A DNA stretch of 64,000 nucleotides from Alphaproteobacteria bacterium (lineage in GTDB: Bacteria > Pseudomonadota > Alphaproteobacteria > UBA828). The notes beneath the pieces were generated by a model that was not told where the DNA came from, ran no database searches, and was given only the letters and a program-made list of their open reading frames with translations. Made by a program: the position numbers and the translations under genes. Location: the NCBI GenBank assembly GCA_965214705.1, contig CBDCCI010000002.1:2368001-2432000 (forward strand), in the 5' to 3' direction. Below are positions 9,905 to 18,827 of this stretch, piece after piece. Position 1 is the first letter of the stretch. Each line of letters opens with the position of its first letter.

Positions 9905-11029
9905 TCAAGCGGCTACGCGGCACACCGTCTCGTTGCCGCGGCCGGTAATCACGCGGCGCCAACCGGAGAGCGCCTGGTCGAGCGCGGGATCGCCAGTATC
10001 GACGTGCAGCGTGCTGTCATGCAGCGACGCGAGCTTTTCGGGCGTCGCCGCCACCAGCAGTCGGTCGAGACCCACCGCCCGCACCACGCGCGCGCCGATC
10101 TGCTGGTTGCCGCGTCCCAGAAAGTGCCCCTGGCCGCCGATGGGCGTGACCACGATCCCGCCGCCGGGCGGACTCTCCGCCAGCGTGCGCAGGATGGCCT
10201 CCTCGCTCGCGTCGGCACCGATCACCGCCCCGTCGCGCACCAGGTCGACGCCGAGCAGGGTCTTGGACAGTCCGAGCGCGTCGGCGATCGCCCGCGTGGT
10301 GGTGCCGGGCCCCAGAAGGTAGAGCCGCCCGGCCTCCATCCGGCTGGCGATCTCGGCCGCGATCCCGCTCAGCGCTACGCGGTCGCTGCTGACCCCGCCC
10401 GCCTTGACGCTTTGCATTAGATCAGGCGCGTAAGGCACTGGCAAGTAATCGTAAAGCTTCGCCGAGACGGCACCCGCGCGAAACGCTTCTTCGTCGATGT
10501 CCATGACCTCGCGAGGCCGCGCCTCAATGTCCTGGGCGAGCGCCCGGAGCGCGAGGTCGGCGGCGGCGCGGGGGCTGGTGGCGTAAACCGCCGAGTGCAT
10601 CTTCACCCCTGCGGGCACGCCGATCACCGGCACCCGGTCACCTAAGGCCGCCGCCATGTCGCGGGCGGTGCCGTCGCCGCCGGCGAAGACGATGAGCCGG
10701 GCGCCGGCAGCCGCCATGGCCTCGGCTGCGGCCCGCGTGTCCGCCGCGCCGGTCTCACCCTCGGCCGGGGCACCGACGACCGACGGGTTCAGGCCCGCCT
10801 CCCTGGCGATCCCCTCCCCCATCTCGCCGGGGGCGGCGAGCAGCCCCAGCCCTGGTCGCGCCGCGGCGAGCGCCTCCAGCACCACCGCCGCCCGCGTCGC
10901 TGCCTGCGGCCTCGCGCCGCGCGCGCGGGCCTCGCTCAGGATCGCCGCCGTGTCCGTGCCCTTGAGCCCGACGCTGCCGCCCATGCCGGCGATCGGGTTG
11001 ACGATGAGGCCGAGCGTGGGTCGGCCCAT
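9905..11029 (-). CDS. ATP-NAD kinase/AcoX-like family protein
   Basis: IVNPIAGMGG, FAGGDGTARD, GVKMHSAV, GRGNQQI motifs. Confidence 0.8.
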   Translation of the reverse strand: MGRPTLGLIVNPIAGMGGSVGLKGTDTAAILSEARARGARPQAATRAAVVLEALAAARPGLGLLAAPGEMGEGIAREAGLNPSVVGAPAEGETGAADTRAAAEAMAAAGARLIVFAGGDGTARDMAAALGDRVPVIGVPAGVKMHSAVYATSPRAAADLALRALAQDIEARPREVMDIDEEAFRAGAVSAKLYDYLPVPYAPDLMQSVKAGGVSSDRVALSGIAAEIASRMEAGRLYLLGPGTTTRAIADALGLSKTLLGVDLVRDGAVIGADASEEAILRTLAESPPGGGIVVTPIGGQGHFLGRGNQQIGARVVRAVGLDRLLVAATPEKLASLHDSTLHVDTGDPALDQALSGWRRVITGRGNETVCRVAA

Positions 11030-11039
11030 CAGGCGAGGC

Positions 11040-12638
11040 TCAGCTGTAGCCGCCCCCGTGCCCGCCCAGGCCGCGCTTGACGTTGGCCCAGTTGCCCCGC
11101 TTGCGCCGGTAGGCCCGCGAGGTGAAGGCCCAGCAATCCGGGTCCTCCGGCACGTCGCCGTCGATGGGCCGGATGGCCGCGCTGTGCGGGGCCGCCGTCA
11201 CCTGCTCCGGCGTGTCGCGGGCCTCCTCGGCGATCCGACGCAGCGCGCCGAGCACGTGGTCCATCTCCGCAATCGTGAGCGATTCGCCCGGCTCCAGAGT
11301 GAAGGGCTGCGGCACCAGCATCGGCACGTGGCTCTCCATGTAATGCTGCACGCCGAAATCGACCATGCGGTTCAGCACGTCGTGGCTGGCGACGCCGGTC
11401 TCCTCGTAGAGCGGCTCCCAGCTGTAGCGCACCTGCTCCAGCTTGGGATACGTGTTCTTGGGCCAGGGGACGGTGGTGCCGTCGATCTGCCGGATGTGGT
11501 GCAGCATGTAGTTGTTGTTGAGCACCGCCGTCTCGGCGACCGCGCGCAGGCCCTCGGCGCCCAGGCTGCGAACCCAAGCGTAGGCCTTGAGCACCGCATG
11601 CACGTTGCCGATGAAGGCGCGGATCTTCTCGATCCCCTCCCCCTGCTCGTAATCCAGGCCGTAGCGCTCGCCGTCGTAGGTGACGATGGGGCGCGGCAGG
11701 AACCGCTCCAGATGCGCCTTGACGCCGACCGCGGCGCAGCCCAGGCCGAGCGCGCCATGGGGTGCGGAGAAGGTCTTGTGCAGGTTGAATTGGCACATGT
11801 CGAAGCCGGTGTCGCCCGCGCGCACGACTCCCAGCAGCGGATTGCCGTTGGCCTGGTCGTAGGCGCAGAGCCCGCCGGCCTCGTGCACGATGTCCACGAA
11901 CGCGCGGATGTTGGGGTTGTACTGGCCGGTATCCTCGGGGTTGGTCAGCATCAGGCCGGCGGTCCGCTCGGAGACCGCGGCCTTCAGCGCATCGACCTCG
12001 GCAAAGCCCATCTCGCCCGGCATCAGCGTGATGACCTTGAAGCCCGCCACCGCAGGCGTCGCCGCGTCGGCCGGATGCGAGAAGGCGGTGGTGATGATCT
12101 CGTCCCGCGTGCCGCCTTCGCCCCGCGCGGCGTGATACGCGCGGATCAGGCAGGCGTTGGTGTAGATGCCCTGCGCCCCGCTCGCCGGCTGGAAGGTGAA
12201 GGCATCCATGCCGGCGATCTCGCACATCATGCGGTTGAAGCGGTAGAGGATCTCCAGCGTGCCCTGCAGCGTCTCCGGGTCCTGCAGGGGGTGGACGTCG
12301 GCGAAGCCGGGCAGGCGCGCGACATACTCGTGCACCTTGGGGCTGTATTTCATGGTGCAGGTGCCCATCATGTCGACGGTCACGTCGAAGCCCATGGCCA
12401 TCTGCGAGAGCCGCAGGAAGTGCCGGAGCACCCGGTGCTGCGGCAGCGCGGGCAGCGCCGGCGGTACGGCGCGCCGCACCCCATCCGGCAGCGCCGCGGC
12501 GACGTCGCCGACGGCATCGGCGATGGCGTCGTCCACCGCCGGCGGCAGCAGGCCGCGCCCGCCGTCGCCGGGGATTTCGTCGATCAGGGGCTCGTCCCAG
12601 TGCGCGGCGTGGAAGCCGCCTCCGATGCGGTCTGTCAT
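11040..12638 (-). CDS. gcvPB: Glycine dehydrogenase (P protein) subunit 2-like
   Basis: GTCTMKYSP, LMLTNP, FNLHKTFSAPHG (PLP Lys); ATG at 12638 overlaps the gcvPA stop. Confidence 0.8.
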   Translation of the reverse strand: MTDRIGGGFHAAHWDEPLIDEIPGDGGRGLLPPAVDDAIADAVGDVAAALPDGVRRAVPPALPALPQHRVLRHFLRLSQMAMGFDVTVDMMGTCTMKYSPKVHEYVARLPGFADVHPLQDPETLQGTLEILYRFNRMMCEIAGMDAFTFQPASGAQGIYTNACLIRAYHAARGEGGTRDEIITTAFSHPADAATPAVAGFKVITLMPGEMGFAEVDALKAAVSERTAGLMLTNPEDTGQYNPNIRAFVDIVHEAGGLCAYDQANGNPLLGVVRAGDTGFDMCQFNLHKTFSAPHGALGLGCAAVGVKAHLERFLPRPIVTYDGERYGLDYEQGEGIEKIRAFIGNVHAVLKAYAWVRSLGAEGLRAVAETAVLNNNYMLHHIRQIDGTTVPWPKNTYPKLEQVRYSWEPLYEETGVASHDVLNRMVDFGVQHYMESHVPMLVPQPFTLEPGESLTIAEMDHVLGALRRIAEEARDTPEQVTAAPHSAAIRPIDGDVPEDPDCWAFTSRAYRRKRGNWANVKRGLGGHGGGYS

Positions 12639-14029
12639 CGGACTGCCTCCCCGAGCGCGGAGACCAGTCTCTCGATTTCGGCCGCCCCGTGCAGCTCGGT
12701 CACGCAATAGAGCGCCGACTGGCCCAGCGCCGGGAACTCGCCGCTCAGGTCCTTGCCGCCGTGAATCTCGGCCTCCAGCAGCGCGGCGTTGACGGCTGCG
12801 ACCGTCTTGCCCGTGCCCGAGAAATCGACCACGAACTCCTTGAAGAACGGCTGGCCCAGGTGGGGCACCGCGACGCCGGGAAGCGCCGCGATCCGCTCCG
12901 CCGCGTAGCAGGCCCGCTGCATGATGCCGCGGCCGAGCTCGGCCATCCCCTCCGGCCCCATCAGCGAGAGGTAGACCGCAGCCCCGATGCCCCAGACCCA
13001 CTGGGTGGTGCCCGCGTAGTCGGTGGCGTCGTGGCGGGTGTCGTAGGAGGTGCGCTCCATAGTCGACCAGGCGAAGCCGAAGCCTTCCCCCTCCGTCGCC
13101 GGCGCGATGCTGAAAAGAATCGAGGGATATTCCGAGACAAAGCGGGATTCGTCCCGGCTCGCGATGAAGCCGCCGTTGCCGCCGCCCGCATACATGTGGA
13201 TGCCGAGGGGCTGCAGATCGCCGATCGCCAGGTCGGTGCCGTAGTCGGCGGGCGCCGCGAGCACGCCAAGCGAGATCGGGTCCACGCCGCCGATAAGCAA
13301 GGCGCCGGCCTCGTGCGCGATATCGGCGATGGCCTGAGCCTGCGTCTCGATCAGGCCGAGGTAGCCGGGGCTCTCCATCACCACGGCCGCGGTCTCGGCC
13401 GAGACCTTGGCGCGGAGGTCGGCGAGATCGATCAGCCCGGTGGCGGGGTCGCGGGCGACGGTCTCGACGGATGCAAAGGGCTTGGCGAAGCCGATGAGCT
13501 GCGAGCGCCGGTCGGCACTCATGGTCTCCGGCACCAGCACGCCGCGCCGGCCGGTGATGCGGCAGGCCATGGTCACGGCGCTGCCGGTGGCGGCGCCGGC
13601 GTCGTAGACGGGGGTCGAGACCACCTCCATGCCCACCAGCTCTCCGATCAGGCTCTGAAACTCGAAAAGCGCCTGGTTCTTGCCGTGGTCCGAGTAGGTG
13701 CCGCCGCCGTAGGCCGTGAGAAACTCGCCGCGATGGACGATCTCGTCCACGATCGCCGGCACGTAGTGCTGGGCGCAGCCGGCACCGCAGAAGTTGAGCC
13801 AGGTTCCGGTGCAGGGCTGGTTGCGGGCGACGATCTCCTCCAGATGCCGCCGCACGTCCTGCTCGCCGGGCAGCGCCGGCGGCAGGTCGAGAAGCCCCTT
13901 GACCCTGAGCGCCTCGGGAATCGCGGCGTAAAGCTCCGCCACGTCGCCCACGCCGATGGCATCCAGCAGCTTGCGCCGCGGCTCCGGCGCCGCATTCGGC
14001 ACATAAGGATGAACGTAACCGTCGCCCAT
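12635..14029 (-). CDS. gcvPA: Glycine dehydrogenase (P protein) subunit 1-like
   Basis: FCGAGCAQHYVPAIVD, EFLTAY, LFEFQSLI, VYDAG motifs; ATG at 14029. Confidence 0.8.
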   Translation of the reverse strand: MGDGYVHPYVPNAAPEPRRKLLDAIGVGDVAELYAAIPEALRVKGLLDLPPALPGEQDVRRHLEEIVARNQPCTGTWLNFCGAGCAQHYVPAIVDEIVHRGEFLTAYGGGTYSDHGKNQALFEFQSLIGELVGMEVVSTPVYDAGAATGSAVTMACRITGRRGVLVPETMSADRRSQLIGFAKPFASVETVARDPATGLIDLADLRAKVSAETAAVVMESPGYLGLIETQAQAIADIAHEAGALLIGGVDPISLGVLAAPADYGTDLAIGDLQPLGIHMYAGGGNGGFIASRDESRFVSEYPSILFSIAPATEGEGFGFAWSTMERTSYDTRHDATDYAGTTQWVWGIGAAVYLSLMGPEGMAELGRGIMQRACYAAERIAALPGVAVPHLGQPFFKEFVVDFSGTGKTVAAVNAALLEAEIHGGKDLSGEFPALGQSALYCVTELHGAAEIERLVSALGEAVR

Positions 14030-14175
14030 GATCGGCCTCCCTGCCCTTCCGGTCCCGGCCAGTCTATCCCGCCACATAGGACGCACCAACGGCGCCCGGC
14101 CGGATCGCCGATCCGCTTTGACTGCCCCGCTTCGCCCGTGCAGTGTTCCCCGCCACAGCGCAGCGGGAGCACGCC

Positions 14176-14901
14176 ATGGCGGTCACCATCAACTGCGACA
14201 TCGGCGAGGGGTACGGCCTTTACACCTTCGGCAACGATGAGCGGATCATGCCGTTCATCAGCATCGCCAATGTCGCGTGCGGCTTTCATGCCTCGGACCC
14301 GTCGGTCATGCACGCGACCGTGCGCCTTGCCCTCGAACACGGGGTCAAGGTCGGCGCGCATCCGTCCCTCCCCGACCGCCAGGGTTTCGGGCGGCGGGAG
14401 ATGCAGATGGAGCGCGACGAGCTGCGCGATCTGCTGATCTACCAGGTCGGCGCGCTCAGCGGCTTCCTTCGGGCGGCGGGCGCCACCCTCAACCACATCA
14501 AGCCCCACGGCGCGCTCTTCGGCATGACGTCCAAGTACGAGCATTGCGCCGAGGCCGCAGCCGATGCGGCGGAAGTCTTCGGGGTGCCGCTGATCGGCCA
14601 GGCCGGCACCATGCACGACACCGTCTACTCCCGGCGCGGCCTGCCCTGGTGGCCCGAGTTCTACGCCGATCTCGAATACGACCGGCACTGCAACCTCATC
14701 ATCACGCGCGAGCACGAGCCCTACGAGCCGGCGGCTGCGGCGAGGCGCACGCTCCGCGCCATCGAGGAGGGCATGGTCACCTCGGTCGAAGGTGTCGACG
14801 TGCCAATCCGGGCGGAGACGGTGTGCATCCATTCCGACACGCCGGGGATCGACGCGGTCGCCCCGGTCCTGCGTGAGGCGCTCGCGCCCCATATGGCGTG
14901 A
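14176..14901 (+). CDS. pxpA: LamB/YcsF family protein (5-oxoprolinase subunit A-like), stand-alone copy
   Basis: INCDIGEG, NVACGFHA, GAHPSLPDRQGFGRR, HIKPHGAL, CIHSDT. Confidence 0.85.
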   Translation: MAVTINCDIGEGYGLYTFGNDERIMPFISIANVACGFHASDPSVMHATVRLALEHGVKVGAHPSLPDRQGFGRREMQMERDELRDLLIYQVGALSGFLRAAGATLNHIKPHGALFGMTSKYEHCAEAAADAAEVFGVPLIGQAGTMHDTVYSRRGLPWWPEFYADLEYDRHCNLIITREHEPYEPAAAARRTLRAIEEGMVTSVEGVDVPIRAETVCIHSDTPGIDAVAPVLREALAPHMA

Positions 14902-14967
14902 GCCCGCGTCCGCCGCCGGCAATCGGGGGCACGGGCCACGCGGGGGCGGAACGATGGAGGCTTGGTG

Positions 14968-16290
14968 ATGGCGAACTCGAACCTGACGCTCGGCGAGCGT
15001 GACGACGCCGCGATCGCCGGCATTCAGAAGCTCCGCTTCAACCCGCTGGCGGCGCGCGGCGGGCACGGGTCGTACCTCACGGCCGACGACGGCCGCGCCA
15101 TCCTCGACCTCTCGGCTTCTGCGACGGCGGCGAGCCTCGGCTACGGCCATCCCGCCGTGATCGAGGCCGTGACTGAGGCGATGGCCGACATGGCAGGCGC
15201 GAGTCTGCTGATGTATCCGAACGAGTCGGCCGCAGCCCTCGCCGAGGTGCTGCTGGAGACGCTGCCTGGAGACACCGCGCGGCGCGTCTGGTACGGCCAC
15301 TCCGGCTCCGACGCCAACGACGCGGCCTCCCGTGTGCTTGAGGCGGCGACCGGCCGCCACCGCTTCATCTCCTTCATCGGCTCCTATCACGGCGGCGTCG
15401 CGGGCTCGATGAGCATCTCGGGCCACACGGCCATGACCCATACGCTGCCCCGGCCGGGCCTCGTGCTGCTGCCCTACCCCGACCCCTACCGGCCGCGCTT
15501 CAGCGCCGACGACGTGCTCGACATGCTGGATTACCAGTTCGAGACGACGTGCCCTCCTGAACAGGTGGCAGCCGTCTTCATCGAGCCGATCATGTCGGAC
15601 GGCGGCCTGATCGTGCCGCCCGCAGGCTTCCTCAAGGCCCTGGAGGAGCGCTGCCGGCGCCACGGCATCCTCACCGTCCTCGATGAGGTCAAGGTCGGCC
15701 TGGGCCGCTCGGGAGCGCTCCACGCCTTCAGCCACGAGGGGCTGGAGCCCGACATGGTCGTCCTCGGCAAGGGTCTCGGCGGCGGCCTGCCGCTGTCCGC
15801 GCTGATCGGCCCCGCTTCGATCATGGACCACCGCCCGGCCTTCGCGATCCAGACCACGGGCGGCAATCCGGTCTGCACCGCCGCCGGTCTCGCGGTGCTC
15901 CGCACCGTACTCGACGAGGATATTCCGAGCCGTGCGGAGCGCGTGGGCACGGCGCTGGCCGACGGTCTCAGGCGGCTCGCCGAGCGGCATGAGATGATCG
16001 GCGACGTGCGCGGGCGCGGTCTCGCCATCGGAGTCGACTTGGTGGAGAACCGGGAGAGCCGGACGCCCGTCCCCGCGACCACGACGGCCAAGGTGATCGT
16101 CCGCGCCTACGAGCTCGGCGCGAGCTTCATCTACGTCGGGCTGGAGGCGAACGTGTTGGAGATCACCCCGCCGCTCACCCTGAGCGATGCGGAGTGCGAG
16201 GAGGGCCTCGCCATCATCGACAAGGCGCTCGGCGATGTTGCCGCCGGGCTGGTCCCCGACGAAGCCGTCCAGGCCTACATGAACTGGTAA
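14968..16290 (+). CDS. Class III PLP aminotransferase (4-aminobutyrate aminotransferase-like)
   Basis: SGSDAND, FIEPIMSDGG, LDEVKVGLGRSG, LGKGLGGGLP. Confidence 0.88.
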   Translation: MANSNLTLGERDDAAIAGIQKLRFNPLAARGGHGSYLTADDGRAILDLSASATAASLGYGHPAVIEAVTEAMADMAGASLLMYPNESAAALAEVLLETLPGDTARRVWYGHSGSDANDAASRVLEAATGRHRFISFIGSYHGGVAGSMSISGHTAMTHTLPRPGLVLLPYPDPYRPRFSADDVLDMLDYQFETTCPPEQVAAVFIEPIMSDGGLIVPPAGFLKALEERCRRHGILTVLDEVKVGLGRSGALHAFSHEGLEPDMVVLGKGLGGGLPLSALIGPASIMDHRPAFAIQTTGGNPVCTAAGLAVLRTVLDEDIPSRAERVGTALADGLRRLAERHEMIGDVRGRGLAIGVDLVENRESRTPVPATTTAKVIVRAYELGASFIYVGLEANVLEITPPLTLSDAECEEGLAIIDKALGDVAAGLVPDEAVQAYMNW

Positions 16291-16302
16291 GGAGTTCCGC
16301 CG

Positions 16303-17292
16303 ATGCCCACCGCCTCCCGCCCCATGGGCGTCTTCATCCTCGGCGACGTCGCGCCCGCCGATATTGTGAGCCTGAGTCGGCAGGTGGAGCGTTGCGGCTT
16401 CTCCGACCTCTGGTTCGCCGAGGACTATTTCATGCTGTCGGGCTTCGCCAGCGCCGCGATGGCGCTCCAGGCCACTGAGTCAGTGGACGTGGGCATCGGC
16501 GCGGTCTCCAACCGGGCGCGTCATCCGGCTGTCACCGCCATGGAAGCCTCGACACTGGCGAATGCCTATCCGGGCCGCTTCACCCTCGGCATCGGCCATG
16601 GCGTGCCGTTCTGGGTTGCGCAAATGCATCTCACGCCGAAATCGGTGCTGGGCTCGATGCGCGAGGCGATCACCGGCGTGAAGCGCCTGTTCGCGGGCGA
16701 GACCCTCACGCAGGCGGGCGCCTACTACGGCTACGATGAGGTCTCGCTCACCCATCCCACGCCCGACCTTCAGGTGCTGGGCGCCGCCGTCGGGCCGAAG
16801 TCCGTCGATCTCTGCGCCGAGATTGCCGATGGGATGGTGCTCTCCGCGATGGCGGGCCCGCGCTACGTTGCGACCGTCCGGGAGCGGATTGCGAAGGTCC
16901 GGCGGGCGCGCGGGTTGCCGGAGGACTTCCAACTCGTCACCTATGCCATCACCAGCGTCGGCGAAGATCGTGCCGCCGCCCGCGCCAAGGTGCGCCCCTT
17001 GATCACCCTCTATCTTGGGGCCATGGGCCCGACGCTGATCACGGGCGTCTACGATGCCAACGACGCGCTCGTTGGATTGATCGACGAGGGAGGGGCAGCG
17101 GCGATCGAGGCGGGCATGCCGGACGACTGGCTGGACTGGCTCGCGGTCGCCGGCCGGCCGACCGACTGCCGCAGCGGCGTGGAGGCACTGTTCGACGCGG
17201 GCGCGACCAGGGTCGTGCTCTGCGTCGTGCCTTCCGAAGAGCTGCCGACGCAGCTGGAGATTCTGGGGAGCGAGGTGTTGCCGGGGATTTAG
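16303..17292 (+). CDS. LLM-class (luciferase-like) flavin-dependent oxidoreductase
   Basis: GFSDLWFAED, RHPAVTA, GRFTLGIGHG, AAVGPKS, ADG motifs. Confidence 0.82.
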   Translation: MPTASRPMGVFILGDVAPADIVSLSRQVERCGFSDLWFAEDYFMLSGFASAAMALQATESVDVGIGAVSNRARHPAVTAMEASTLANAYPGRFTLGIGHGVPFWVAQMHLTPKSVLGSMREAITGVKRLFAGETLTQAGAYYGYDEVSLTHPTPDLQVLGAAVGPKSVDLCAEIADGMVLSAMAGPRYVATVRERIAKVRRARGLPEDFQLVTYAITSVGEDRAAARAKVRPLITLYLGAMGPTLITGVYDANDALVGLIDEGGAAAIEAGMPDDWLDWLAVAGRPTDCRSGVEALFDAGATRVVLCVVPSEELPTQLEILGSEVLPGI

Positions 17293-17300
17293 AACTTTGT

Positions 17301-17405
17301 CGCTCACGACAGCCGGCCTGCGGCCGGCGCCTCCGCGAGGGCGCCGCAGGAGCGGCGGGCCGCGGTCGCGGCCTGTCGCGAGTCCGTCAAAGACGGACCC
17401 GCTCT
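17301..17405. repeat. Multi-hairpin intergenic repeat, copy 1
   Basis: Nearly identical to 32320-32453; stems gccggcc/ggccggc, ggcgcc..ggcgcc, ggccgcg/cgcggcc, gtccgtc/gacggac; lies between convergent genes. Confidence 0.75.
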
Positions 17406-18582
17406 AACCCGCGCCGTCGATCACCGCGAGCGTCGCCTCGACCCCCGCCCCCACGTCGGCCTTTCCGCCCAGCGACGCGACGGCGCCGCCGAGCGCGGTC
17501 ACGGCCACGGTCGCGAAGACCGGCCGCGCCACCGGCCCCATGTGGCCGATCCGCACCAGCTTGCCCAGCAGCGAGCCGCGGCCGGCGGAGAAGACCACGC
17601 CGTAGAGCCGGCGCGCCGCCTGCCGGATCGCGGCGTCCTCCAGCCCCTCCGGCACCCGCACCGTGGTCGCGGTATCGGCGCAGATGGCCTCGCGCACGGG
17701 CCAGAGGTCGAGACCCATGGCGCGCACGCCCGCGCGGCAGGCGCGCGCCGTCAGCGCGTGCCGCGCCCACACCGCCTCCGGTCCCTCGTCGAGATAGTTC
17801 TGCACCGCCGCGTCCAGCGCATGGACCTCGGAGACCGACGGCGTGTAGGGAAATAGTACATCCGCGCGCCAGGCATCCCGCCAGTCCTTGAGGCTCAGCA
17901 CGGAGTCCGTCGGCGCGGCGGGGTTGGCATCGATCTTCGCCCAGGCGCGCTCGCTGACGTGGACAATGGAAAGCCCAGTGCTGCCGCCGAGGCACTTGTT
18001 GGGGCCGGTCACGAAAATGTCGGCGTGGATGTCCTCGGGGTGAACGTCCATTCCGCCGAAGGAGGAGACTGCGTCCACGATGGTCAGCACGTCGTGATCG
18101 CGGCAGATCGCGCCGATCTCGCGCACGGGATTGACCGTGCCCGACGGCGTGTCGTGATGGCAGACGGAGAGGATTCGAATATCGGGCCGGGCCTTCAACA
18201 TGTCGCTGACCGCGTCCGGATCGATGGCGTCGTCGTAGGGCGCCACGATCTCGACCAGCTCCCGGCAATGGCGCGCGGCCCAGAATCCGAAGCCCTTGCC
18301 GTACTCGCCGGAGGCGAGGTTCAGCACCGCGTCGTCGGCGCCGATCAGGGCGGCAGCGGCGGCTTCGAGCCCGAGCACCGGCTCGCCCATCAGGATCACC
18401 GGCGGCAACGCGGTGCGCAGCGACTCGGCAGTCTTCAGGACCGTCGATTCATAAAAATTCTGGAATGAGGGGTCGAAGTCGTAGGTGACGGGCCGCGACA
18501 GCGCCCGCAGGACGACCGGATACGCGTCGACGGGCCCTGCGCTCAGCGTGATGACCGGGGGATCGTCGTCGACATTTCGCAT
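17404..18582 (-). CDS. ppaT: Pyridoxamine-pyruvate aminotransferase (class V aminotransferase)
   Basis: Closely matches Mesorhizobium PPAT as recalled: PVITLSAGPV, GEPVLGLEAAAA, HHDTPSG, VTGPNKCLG, RIGHMGP. Confidence 0.8.
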   Translation of the reverse strand: MRNVDDDPPVITLSAGPVDAYPVVLRALSRPVTYDFDPSFQNFYESTVLKTAESLRTALPPVILMGEPVLGLEAAAAALIGADDAVLNLASGEYGKGFGFWAARHCRELVEIVAPYDDAIDPDAVSDMLKARPDIRILSVCHHDTPSGTVNPVREIGAICRDHDVLTIVDAVSSFGGMDVHPEDIHADIFVTGPNKCLGGSTGLSIVHVSERAWAKIDANPAAPTDSVLSLKDWRDAWRADVLFPYTPSVSEVHALDAAVQNYLDEGPEAVWARHALTARACRAGVRAMGLDLWPVREAICADTATTVRVPEGLEDAAIRQAARRLYGVVFSAGRGSLLGKLVRIGHMGPVARPVFATVAVTALGGAVASLGGKADVGAGVEATLAVIDGAG

Positions 18583-18827
18583 TTTTGGGGCTGGCTCAAG
18601 GGCTTGGACGAGACCCTAGGATACATCGCCGGATCGCCTTCCCCAAGGCGGTGCATGGTGCAATTATAGGGCCCGAGGCTGGTCCAAATCGCGCTCACGC
18701 ACTCACGACGGCGGCCTATGACAGGTCGATTGACGCCCATGTCCTTTGTAGTACGGTTGTCATGTTGGTCTCGTGAGAATCGCGTCGCGCGACGGGCCGA
18801 ACGGTGACTCGACTGGGAGAGGGAGCC

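Noticed and set aside
6763-9948. 1061-aa plus-strand ORF
   Set aside because: Antisense shadow of the ApnL-like and Gfo/Idh/MocA genes; Arg/Gly-rich with no motifs, as expected in high-GC DNA
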